NCBI GenBank assembly: GCA_023665575.1
Contig: JAMPDQ010000004.1
Coordinates: forward strand, 11,430 to 75,429
Length of the DNA stretch: 64,000 bases
Direction of reading: 5' to 3'
Origin: Candidatus Amulumruptor caecigallinarius
GTDB taxonomy: Bacteria > Bacteroidota > Bacteroidia > Bacteroidales > Muribaculaceae
Shown: positions 56,049-64,000 of the stretch, one piece after another
Layout: each line of letters starts with the position of its first letter
How positions within the stretch are numbered: position 1 is the stretch's first letter
The notes under the pieces: model-generated
What the model saw: only the letters and a program-made list of their open reading frames with translations
Databases searched by the model: none
What the model was told of the DNA's origin: nothing
Made by a program: the position numbers and the translations under genes

Positions 56049-59000
56049 TCACGAGGGGTCAAGCGTCTCTATTGTGCGGAGAATTTCAAGGCCTCTCGAC
56101 ACAGCAGGCACGTTATCCACTATCATAAGACGACGCGCCGGGGTGGTGGCCGTGGCCGGTGTTTCCCTGATGCTGCAGCCGGTGAAATTGTTGCGCAAAT
56201 ATGTCAGCACCCTACCAAACGCCTGCGAGCGATAATACGCCACATTGTCATCACCCACAAAGAAGAGTCTCATAACATTATTTTTCAATGATATCCTCTC
56301 AATGCCCAGCCGCTTTGCCACCATGCGCAGCGGCACCACGTTGATGAGTTCTTCCGTTACATCGGGGATTGCTCCGAAGCGGTCGCAAAGATTTTCGCGG
56401 AATTCCTCGATTTGTTCCGGGCGCTCCATGTTGTCGAGTTGCCGATAAAGAGTGATTCTTTCATTTTCCTGCGGCACATATTGAGGGGGAAGGCGCAATT
56501 CGAGGTCGCTTTCAATAGTGACGTCGTTGACAAATTCTTCCGTATTGTCGGATACATCTTCAAATGCATCGCCAAACTCCTCGGTTTTCAACTCTGTGAC
56601 GGCCTCCTTTAGAATCTGCTGGTAAGCCTCATATCCCAGATCGGCAATAAAACCGCTCTGCTCGGCCCCGAGCAGATTGCCGGCACCGCGGATGTCGAGA
56701 TCCTGCATGGCAATATGGATGCCGCTGCCGAGGTCGCTGAAATTTTCTATTGCCTGCAACCGTCGCCTTGCCACGGCCGTAAGCGGGCTTCCCGGCGGCA
56801 CAAAGAGATAGCAGAAGGCCTTCTTGTCGCTGCGGCCCACACGTCCGCGAAGTTGGTGTAGCTCGCTTAGTCCGAATGTATGGGCATTGTTCACAAGAAT
56901 TGTGTTGACATTGGGCATATCAATGCCATTTTCCACAATTGTTGTGGAGAGCAACACATCATAATCTTGATTAGTAAAATCAGTCACCGCCTTCTCGAGC
57001 TGCTCCGGGGGCATCTGTCCGTGGGCAATCACCACACGCACATCGGGCAGAACGCGCTTCAGCATGGCCTCAAGCACATTGAGATTTTCAATGCGGTTTG
57101 ACACGAAAAATACTTGTCCGTTGCGGCTCAACTCAAACTCGACTGCATCGCGCACCACAGACTCATCAAGTGTAGACACTGAAGTGAGGATAGGCTGGCG
57201 GTTGACCGGAGGAGTGTTGAGATTGCTGAGATCTCGCGCACCCATCAGCGAAAACTGAAGTGTGCGGGGAATCGGCGTTGCGCTCATGGTGAGTGTGTCA
57301 ACATTCACTTTCAATTGCTTGAGTTTTTCCTTTACAGCCACGCCGAATTTCTGCTCCTCATCAATCACCAACAGTCCGAGATCCTTAAACTTCACACTTT
57401 TGCCCACAATCTTGTGTGTGCCGATGAGGATATCCACCTTCCCTTCGGCCAGATCTGCGAGCACCTTCTTCACATCGGCCGATTTTCTTGCGCGGGATAT
57501 AAATTCCACTCTGACCGGAAAATCCTTAAGTCGGTTGCAGAAAGTGTGGTAATGCTGCAATGCCAAAAGGGTGGTCGGCACGAGCACAGCTGTTTGCTTG
57601 CCGTCGGCAGCGGCCTTGAAAGCAGCGCGAATGGCTATTTCCGTCTTTCCAAAGCCCACGTCCCCGCAAATCAGTCTGTCCATGGGTTTAGACTGCTCCA
57701 TATCTTTTTTCACAGCCTGTGTTGCCTTGAGTTGGTCGGGCGTATCTTCATAAATGAAACTTGCTTCGAGCTCATGCTGCAAATAAGAGTCGGGAGAGAA
57801 CTGATATCCATTGTGCGATTTTCTGGCGGCATAGAGAGATATAAGCTCACGGGCCATATCTTTCATTCGTGTTTTGGCGCGCTCCTTGAGCCGATTCCAG
57901 CTGCCACCTCCCAACTTACTCACTTTTGGGGGTATGCCATCCTTTGCCCTATATTTCGACAGCTTGTGAAGCGCATGAATCGACACCAGCACGAGATCAT
58001 TGTTTTGATAAAAAAGTTTTATCATCTCCTGCGGGCGACCATTTACATCTGTTTTTACAAGGCCGCCGAAACGCCCTATTCCATGATCGATATGCACAAT
58101 GAAATCGCCGGTTTCAATCTGGTTAAGCTCCTTGATGGAGAGAGCGAGCTTTCCGGCACGCGCTTTATCGCTCCTGAGTGAATAATTGTGAAATCTGTCG
58201 AATATCTGATGGTCGGTGAAAAAGCAATTTTTATTTTCATGGTCAACAAACCCTTCATGCACAGTGCGGCCAACGGGTGTAAACACAATGTCATCGCCCC
58301 GGTCCTTGAAAATCGAATTCAGACGGTCGGTCTGATATTCGGAATCAGACAGGATAAATATGCGATAGCCTTCGCTTATGAATTTTTTGAAAGAATCCGA
58401 TATCAAATCAAAGTTCTTGTGATAGAGGGTCTGCAAACTGCAGTGGAATTCCATAGAGGCCTCGGCGCCGAATGCCGGAGGAGCGGGTTGCACACCATAC
58501 CGGAGAATCACGGAGTTGTTGAAATCCTCTGCAAATTTTTTGGCATTCACCACCTTTTTCATCGCTTCGGGGTCTCCCTCACCGGCAATAAGTCCGGATT
58601 CGGAAAATTCGAAACCGGCTATCTCATTCACCCGCGACACAACAAATTCAGGCTGTCTGCATATGAGCACACAACGGCTGCCGATGAACTCAAGCAAGGA
58701 TATGCCGGAGTCGGTATCTGCCGGATTCCCCGACACAATGGAAATGGCATCAAGTTTACTCTCTGACAATTGTGTCTCCACATTGAACATGCGGATGGAA
58801 TCAATTTCAGTGTCGAAGAAATCAATTCGATAGGGGAGTTCTGATGAAAATGAATATATGTCGAGAATCGAGCCGCGGCGTGCGAATTGCCCCGGCTCAT
58901 AAACATATTCCACTGAATTGAACCCCAAATCAATCAGTTGCTTCACCAGCTCCGACATTTCCACATCGGTGCCGGTTTTCAGTTTAATCGTATTTGATGA

Positions 59001-59417
59001 CAACGCTTTCGGATCAGACACTTTTTCAGCCAGGGCATCAGGAGATGTGACAATAATGCGTGGCGGCTTGCGTGAGTTCAGCCTGTCGAGCACCTCGGTG
59101 CGCAATATTTGCGAGGGAGGGTCAATTTGTCCATACTTGACAGCACGCTTGTAACCGCCGGGAAAGATGCAGACATCCCCGTCATCGCCGAGCACCTGGC
59201 AAATGTCGTGATAAATATATCCGGCTTCCGTGCCGTCGTCAGCGATTATCAATAATGTTTTCTTGATGTCGGTCAATGCAGCGAAAAGCATTGCCGGCGC
59301 ACTCCCGGTGATTCCGGAGATAGAAATACGTTTCACTTTCCGGTCAGTAAGCACCGATGTGAGCGCCTTCACGCGCACCGGGGTTGCAAACAGCCGGTCT
59401 GCTTCCAGAAGGTTCAT
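56049..59417 (-). CDS. mfd: Transcription-repair coupling factor
   Basis: 1122 aa. Helicase motifs GDVGFGKTE and VIDEEQKFG. UvrB-homology N-terminus. Confidence 0.97.
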   Translation of the reverse strand: MNLLEADRLFATPVRVKALTSVLTDRKVKRISISGITGSAPAMLFAALTDIKKTLLIIADDGTEAGYIYHDICQVLGDDGDVCIFPGGYKRAVKYGQIDPPSQILRTEVLDRLNSRKPPRIIVTSPDALAEKVSDPKALSSNTIKLKTGTDVEMSELVKQLIDLGFNSVEYVYEPGQFARRGSILDIYSFSSELPYRIDFFDTEIDSIRMFNVETQLSESKLDAISIVSGNPADTDSGISLLEFIGSRCVLICRQPEFVVSRVNEIAGFEFSESGLIAGEGDPEAMKKVVNAKKFAEDFNNSVILRYGVQPAPPAFGAEASMEFHCSLQTLYHKNFDLISDSFKKFISEGYRIFILSDSEYQTDRLNSIFKDRGDDIVFTPVGRTVHEGFVDHENKNCFFTDHQIFDRFHNYSLRSDKARAGKLALSIKELNQIETGDFIVHIDHGIGRFGGLVKTDVNGRPQEMIKLFYQNNDLVLVSIHALHKLSKYRAKDGIPPKVSKLGGGSWNRLKERAKTRMKDMARELISLYAARKSHNGYQFSPDSYLQHELEASFIYEDTPDQLKATQAVKKDMEQSKPMDRLICGDVGFGKTEIAIRAAFKAAADGKQTAVLVPTTLLALQHYHTFCNRLKDFPVRVEFISRARKSADVKKVLADLAEGKVDILIGTHKIVGKSVKFKDLGLLVIDEEQKFGVAVKEKLKQLKVNVDTLTMSATPIPRTLQFSLMGARDLSNLNTPPVNRQPILTSVSTLDESVVRDAVEFELSRNGQVFFVSNRIENLNVLEAMLKRVLPDVRVVIAHGQMPPEQLEKAVTDFTNQDYDVLLSTTIVENGIDMPNVNTILVNNAHTFGLSELHQLRGRVGRSDKKAFCYLFVPPGSPLTAVARRRLQAIENFSDLGSGIHIAMQDLDIRGAGNLLGAEQSGFIADLGYEAYQQILKEAVTELKTEEFGDAFEDVSDNTEEFVNDVTIESDLELRLPPQYVPQENERITLYRQLDNMERPEQIEEFRENLCDRFGAIPDVTEELINVVPLRMVAKRLGIERISLKNNVMRLFFVGDDNVAYYRSQAFGRVLTYLRNNFTGCSIRETPATATTPARRLMIVDNVPAVSRGLEILRTIETLDPS

Positions 59418-59433
59418 TTTATAAGAGTCTGTT

Positions 59434-61083
59434 TCAGGGACGCAGAAGCTTTTTATATTTATCGGAATTCAATATATCCTTCGCCGCCGAGAATCCCTTG
59501 TCGGTGCGAAGCGCATATTCTGTTTTACCCTTGTCAAAATAATAGCGGCTCATGATTTCCGAGCCAAGATAATCGGATATTTCATTGCGATGAGTGTCGA
59601 GGTCGCGGTCGAGATTATGCACAAGCAGTTTCTGCAGCGAATCGAACGCCGCTGTGGTTTCCTCGCCCATATAGCCTTCGTCAGTTGCTATTCTGCGCAA
59701 CTGTTTCATCGCATCTTCCATCACACGGTCATATTTGAAACGTGCCGGGTCTATGCTCTGTTTGAATTCGGAATAGATGGTGTCGCTGATAACAAACTTG
59801 TCGGCCGGCTCCACAACGGGATGACCAGCAGCAAAGCGGGTGGCATAATCAAAGCTCCAGTTGTCGCGCACCACATTATATACAAGTCGGTTGATTGAGC
59901 CCCAGTCTATCACGGAGTCGGGTTGCAGTCCGCCACCATCGCGCACCACGCGGCCATGCAGCGTTTTAAACTCATGTGTAAGGCTGTCGGGCACACGCAT
60001 CACAGAGCCGTCCTCATTGCGATGGGCATAGTCAAGAGCCTGTATAAGCCGGCCGGCCGGTGTGTAATATTTCGCCACCGTGATTTTCAGCACGCCCGAA
60101 TAGGGAAGCGGGCGTGTGGTTTGCACGAGTCCTTTGCCGAAACTGCGCGAGCCGACAAGCACAGCGCGGTCGAGATCCTGCATTGCTCCGGCAAGAATCT
60201 CGGAAGCCGACGCCGTGCCGCCATCTATCATGACCGCCAACGGAATATCGGGAAAAACAGGAGAATGCGTGGTCTTGTATATCTTCTCTGATCTGGAGTC
60301 GCGGCCGCGTGTGCGCACCACTTCTGTGCCCTTCGGCAGAAAATATCCGGCCACCTCAACGGCACTCTCCAGCAGACCACCCCCGTTGCCGCGCAAGTCG
60401 AGCACAATGTTTTCCACCGCCGGATCCTCCTTGAAGCTTTCAAGGGCAATCTTCACCTCCTCGGGAGTTTTGTTGATAAAACTTGTGAGCTGAATATATC
60501 CGGTGTTGCCAATCACCTTATAAAAAGGCACACTCGGCTGTCGCAGCAATTCGCGTGTGAGAGTTACATCAATAATCGAATCCGTTGTATAAGGGCGCTG
60601 CAAGCGGAGACGCACCTGTGTGTTGGGTTTGCCGCGAAGCACCTTTGTGACATCGGCGCTCAGCTTACGCGACACATCAATCGTGTCGACCATAAGAATT
60701 CTGTCGCCCGCCTTTATGCCGGCACGTGCTGCCGGGCTTCCTTCCATCGGTGCCGATATATATGTTGACGAGTCGCGATCCATCAGATATGACCCGATTC
60801 CGCCATATTCGCCGGTGGTCATCTTCGTGAGCGCATCCTGCTCCTCCGAGGGGTAATATTGCGTGTATGGGTCGATTGTCTCCAAAAGCGCGTCTATAGC
60901 TTCCTTGAAAGAGCGGTCGGGCGCAATAGAATCTACATAATTATTATTCAATTCCTTCACTATCGAATTGAATGTGTTTAGATTGCGCTGCAAGGCAGCA
61001 TCTCCGCTCTTTTTGCCCTGAAGTGAAGACACTGTGGCAAAAAGGGCGAAAAATGCCAATATAGTTATAGTGGTTTTCCTCAT
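59434..61083 (-). CDS. S41-family C-terminal processing (tail-specific) peptidase
   Basis: Signal peptide. PDZ region GSPAARAGIKAGDRIL. Catalytic region DGGTASASEILAGA. Confidence 0.9.
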   Translation of the reverse strand: MRKTTITILAFFALFATVSSLQGKKSGDAALQRNLNTFNSIVKELNNNYVDSIAPDRSFKEAIDALLETIDPYTQYYPSEEQDALTKMTTGEYGGIGSYLMDRDSSTYISAPMEGSPAARAGIKAGDRILMVDTIDVSRKLSADVTKVLRGKPNTQVRLRLQRPYTTDSIIDVTLTRELLRQPSVPFYKVIGNTGYIQLTSFINKTPEEVKIALESFKEDPAVENIVLDLRGNGGGLLESAVEVAGYFLPKGTEVVRTRGRDSRSEKIYKTTHSPVFPDIPLAVMIDGGTASASEILAGAMQDLDRAVLVGSRSFGKGLVQTTRPLPYSGVLKITVAKYYTPAGRLIQALDYAHRNEDGSVMRVPDSLTHEFKTLHGRVVRDGGGLQPDSVIDWGSINRLVYNVVRDNWSFDYATRFAAGHPVVEPADKFVISDTIYSEFKQSIDPARFKYDRVMEDAMKQLRRIATDEGYMGEETTAAFDSLQKLLVHNLDRDLDTHRNEISDYLGSEIMSRYYFDKGKTEYALRTDKGFSAAKDILNSDKYKKLLRP

Positions 61084-61129
61084 GTATGTTAAACGAATTT
61101 ACTCCCGTATTGGTTTAGAGTCTGTTTCA

Positions 61130-62722
61130 TTAGTTCATGCTGTCTTCTGTGACTTGCGGATGCGGATAGTCTACAGAATAGTGAAGCCCTCTGCTCTCCT
61201 TGCGTTCAAGTGCCTGACGCATCACCAGATACCCGATATTGATGATGTTGCGCAACTCGCAGAGCTGGCGTGTGGGTTTGGAGCGGCGGAATAAATCTTC
61301 TGTTTCCTGATACAATATGTCAAGACGATTCCAGGCGCGTTTCAAACGCAGGTTGCTTCTCACAATCCCCACATAACAGCTCATGATTTGGTTCACCTCT
61401 TTTTCCGACTGTGTGATCAGCACCATCTCATCGGGGTTGGCCGTGCCGTCATCATCCCATTCGGGCACATCGGCGCGCAACTCATAACCGTCAACAAACT
61501 CTGAGGCATGTTTCTCAGCGGCATCGGCATATACAACAGCCTCTATCAACGAATTTGAAGCGAGGCGATTTCCGCCGTGAAGACCGGTGCATGAACATTC
61601 TCCGAGCGCATACAAGCGCTTGATTGAGCTCTCTCCGTTAAGATTCACGGCGATTCCGCCGCAGAGATAATGTGCCGCCGGAGCCACGGGAATCATGTCT
61701 TTTGTGATGTCAATACCCAACGACAAACATTTTTCATAGATATTCGGGAAATGACGTTTTGTTTCCTCCGCATCCTTGTGAGTGACGTCAAGAAACACGT
61801 GGTCGGTGCCGGTAAGTTTCATTTCCGAGTCTATTGCGCGGGCCACGATATCGCGCGGAGCGAGCGACAGGCGGGAATCATACTTATGCATAAACTCCTC
61901 ACCATTGAGATTTTTCAGCACAGCGCCATATCCGCGCATGGCTTCGGTGATAAGAAACGACGGGCGGTCGCCGGGATGATAGAGGGCGGTGGGATGAAAC
62001 TGAATAAATTCCATATCCTTCACAGTGCCTTTGGCACGATACACCATCGCTATGCCGTCGCCTGTTGACACGAGGGGATTGGTTGTTGTGGTGTAAATTG
62101 CTCCGACTCCGCCGGTGGCCATTACAGTCACCTTTGCGAGGAATGTGTCTACCTTGCCGTTTTCCTCATTGAGGATGTATGCACCGTAGCATGTAATGTC
62201 CTCGGTGCGGCGGGTCACAATTTTTCCAAGATGATGCTGGGTTATTATTTCCACAGCAAAGCGGTGATCGAACACATCTATGCCCTGTGTGGAGCGTATC
62301 CGCTCCACAAGGCCGCGCTGAATCTCGGCTCCGGTGTTGTCGGCATGATGGAGTATGCGGAATTCAGAATGTCCACCCTCGCGGTGCAGGTCGAAAGTGC
62401 CGTCATCCTTTTTATCGAAATTTACACCCCATTCAATCAGTTCTCTAATCTGAGAAGGGGCATTCTTCACCACTTGTTCCACGGCATCTCGGTCGCTGAG
62501 CCAGTCGCCGGCCACCATCGTGTCATGAATATGTTTGTCGAAATCATCCACTTCAAGATTCGTCACTGACGCCACACCTCCTTGAGCGAAATTGGTGTTG
62601 GCCTCTTCCAATGTGGATTTGCACACAATGGCCACTTTATGGCCGCGACGAGCGGCTTTCAGGGCGAAACTCATTCCCGCAATGCCGCTTCCTATCACAA
62701 GATAATCGTATTTATAAATCAT
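61130..62722 (-). CDS. nadB: L-aspartate oxidase
   Basis: FAD-binding motif VIGSGIAGMS. Succinate dehydrogenase/fumarate reductase flavoprotein-like core. 530 aa. Confidence 0.93.
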   Translation of the reverse strand: MIYKYDYLVIGSGIAGMSFALKAARRGHKVAIVCKSTLEEANTNFAQGGVASVTNLEVDDFDKHIHDTMVAGDWLSDRDAVEQVVKNAPSQIRELIEWGVNFDKKDDGTFDLHREGGHSEFRILHHADNTGAEIQRGLVERIRSTQGIDVFDHRFAVEIITQHHLGKIVTRRTEDITCYGAYILNEENGKVDTFLAKVTVMATGGVGAIYTTTTNPLVSTGDGIAMVYRAKGTVKDMEFIQFHPTALYHPGDRPSFLITEAMRGYGAVLKNLNGEEFMHKYDSRLSLAPRDIVARAIDSEMKLTGTDHVFLDVTHKDAEETKRHFPNIYEKCLSLGIDITKDMIPVAPAAHYLCGGIAVNLNGESSIKRLYALGECSCTGLHGGNRLASNSLIEAVVYADAAEKHASEFVDGYELRADVPEWDDDGTANPDEMVLITQSEKEVNQIMSCYVGIVRSNLRLKRAWNRLDILYQETEDLFRRSKPTRQLCELRNIINIGYLVMRQALERKESRGLHYSVDYPHPQVTEDSMN

Positions 62723-62757
62723 GATGGGCTGCTCTTTTCAAGAGCAATTTTTGTTTG

Positions 62758-63768
62758 TTACCGATACTTTAAAATTCCATCCCTTATATATTGTAATGCT
62801 TTGATTTCATTGTCAATCCCTGCTTGTTGCGCCTCCTCACGAAGTATTGACGCAGCAGGCCTCTCTCCGGTGATTACGATATCATTCAATGCATCGGGAA
62901 ATATATCAAGAGTCTCCGCCAGTATGAATTTTGCTCCGGGATTGCCGCGTTTGGCCGACTCATAAAAATATTCGATTGACTTGTCATGGTCATAAGGCAC
63001 GCCGCGACCCAGCGAATATGCCTCACCAAGCAAAGCATACGCTGCATCTGTCTGTTCGGAATCCGGACCTATCTGCTTGAGCAATTCTGCGGAAATCACC
63101 GGTGCATTCAGCTTCATATATTTCAAGGCCAGCTCAAACGAGGCTGAATCCGACAGCTCCACCCATTTGCGCCCCATCATGTTGAGCAGGCGCAATTCTG
63201 CATCATTCCACCCTTTGGCGATAGCCTTCTCATATAATTCCACGGCCTTCAGAGTGTCTTTCTCCACACCTTTCCCGTCGGCATAACGCCCGGCGAGCAT
63301 GGTCATTGCTGCCGGTATGCCTCCGGAGGCACCCCGCTTGAGATATTTAATCACGGAATCGATGTCGGCATTATTTTCCGACATCATATATGACAAATTG
63401 TAAGATGCCAAGGCATTTCCGGCATCCGAAGCCTTTCTGATCCAATAATACGCCGAGTCGCGCCTTGCGTTCAGCAGTGTGTCGCCGCCTGCCACATAGC
63501 CTTTGCCATAGAGAAATCCGAGATAATTCATCGCGGCTGCATTTCCCGCCCGCGCTGACAATGAGAGCCAGCGCAAGGATTCGGCACTGTCGGCCGGAAT
63601 TGTGTCGTAGCCCCTTTCGAGCAAGGCAGAATATCTATACATTGCACCGGCATCTCCGGCTTCCGCATGCGATTTAAGCTCCTCAAGCGACTTGCGCGCC
63701 CCCGGAGTCATTGCACCGGCAAGCAAACAGCCCATAACAAGCAGTGATATTGCAAGAATCCGTTTCAT
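62758..63768 (-). CDS. Secreted Sel1-like (TPR-family) repeat protein
   Basis: Signal peptide. Repeated ...A..G...A...LG..Y..G.GV..D...A..W motifs (for example AAMNYLGFLYGKGY). Confidence 0.8.
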   Translation of the reverse strand: MKRILAISLLVMGCLLAGAMTPGARKSLEELKSHAEAGDAGAMYRYSALLERGYDTIPADSAESLRWLSLSARAGNAAAMNYLGFLYGKGYVAGGDTLLNARRDSAYYWIRKASDAGNALASYNLSYMMSENNADIDSVIKYLKRGASGGIPAAMTMLAGRYADGKGVEKDTLKAVELYEKAIAKGWNDAELRLLNMMGRKWVELSDSASFELALKYMKLNAPVISAELLKQIGPDSEQTDAAYALLGEAYSLGRGVPYDHDKSIEYFYESAKRGNPGAKFILAETLDIFPDALNDIVITGERPAASILREEAQQAGIDNEIKALQYIRDGILKYR

Positions 63769-64000
63769 CTTTTCGGAGTGAGTGTCACCAGAGGAACAAG
63801 CATCTCCTGCATTGAAATGCCGCCATGCTGGAATGTGCCCGTGTAATATTGCACATAATAATTATAATTATTCGGATAAGAGAAGAAATCCTCATTCATC
63901 GCGAAAATGAAACGGCTCGACAGATTGGGAGATGGCAAACCGAAGCGACGCGGATTATGCATTTCATAAACCTGTTTGGGATTGTAATTCAAATTCTTGC
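63765..64000 (-). CDS. C-terminal fragment of an alkaline-phosphatase-superfamily / PglZ-domain-like protein (5' part outside the window)
   Basis: Frame is open to the window edge. The terminal ...FQHGGISMQEMLVPLV resembles the HGG-S-EE--VP end of PglZ/AP-superfamily domains. 4-nt overlap with the Sel1 gene. Confidence 0.45.
   Translation of the reverse strand, partial: KNLNYNPKQVYEMHNPRRFGLPSPNLSSRFIFAMNEDFFSYPNNYNYYVQYYTGTFQHGGISMQEMLVPLVTLTPKR

Overview
This is a chromosomal, mostly housekeeping segment, about 50% GC by eye. I infer a Bacteroidota (Bacteroidales-like) origin from four things: canonical TTTG / TAnnTTTG promoter boxes, no Shine-Dalgarno sequences, a T9SS C-terminal sorting domain, and Bacteroidetes-style gene order.

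Gene content, in order:
- Division/cell-wall cluster: ftsI'(partial)-murE-mraY-murD-ftsW-murG-murC-ftsQ-ftsA-ftsZ.
- A tightly packed block: THUMP RNA methyltransferase, membrane protein, pdxB, RNase HI, queG.
- An MFS transporter.
- A HmuY/HmuR-type TonB-dependent uptake operon.
- ispB, rnhB, a MOP flippase and ruvB.
- A small secreted/outer-membrane cluster: MINPP-type histidine phosphatase, lipocalin-like lipoprotein, Wzi-like barrel.
- tRNA-Glu, rpsT, tRNA-Glu.
- An SstT-like symporter, then rnpA-yidD-tatD.
- Secreted proteins, then dapB-lepB-wbqC and a DUF4294 protein.
- An esterase, corA, a GSCFA protein, a porin-like barrel and recA.
- der-era-fabH-rpmF-yceD, tRNA-Arg, gap and mscL.
- mfd, an S41 protease, nadB, a Sel1-repeat protein and a partial PglZ-like gene.

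I found no CRISPR array, prophage, transposase, restriction/defence island or toxin-antitoxin pair. I cannot honestly point to a novel multi-gene protein system.

The unusual content is non-coding:
1. A MITE-like element family I do not recognise. It has terminal inverted repeats of about 40 bp and a 20-nt core, AGAGTCTGTTTCATAAAAAAT. The core or its complement occurs about 23 times in 64 kb, almost always at gene junctions. Copies often donate start or stop codons and often point toward a nearby start codon.
2. Short 7-8 bp tandem arrays placed exactly at gene boundaries: CCACTCAT at three loci, a 12-run GGGGATT G-quadruplex-type array, and GGTTTAT and TGTCTCC arrays.
3. Smaller oddities: a 7 x 24-bp in-frame repeat in the THUMP methyltransferase tail, an extended HmuY/HmuR operon that includes a T9SS cargo protein, and convergent 3' gene overlaps.

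All calls come from reading the sequence and the ORF translations. No database search was run.
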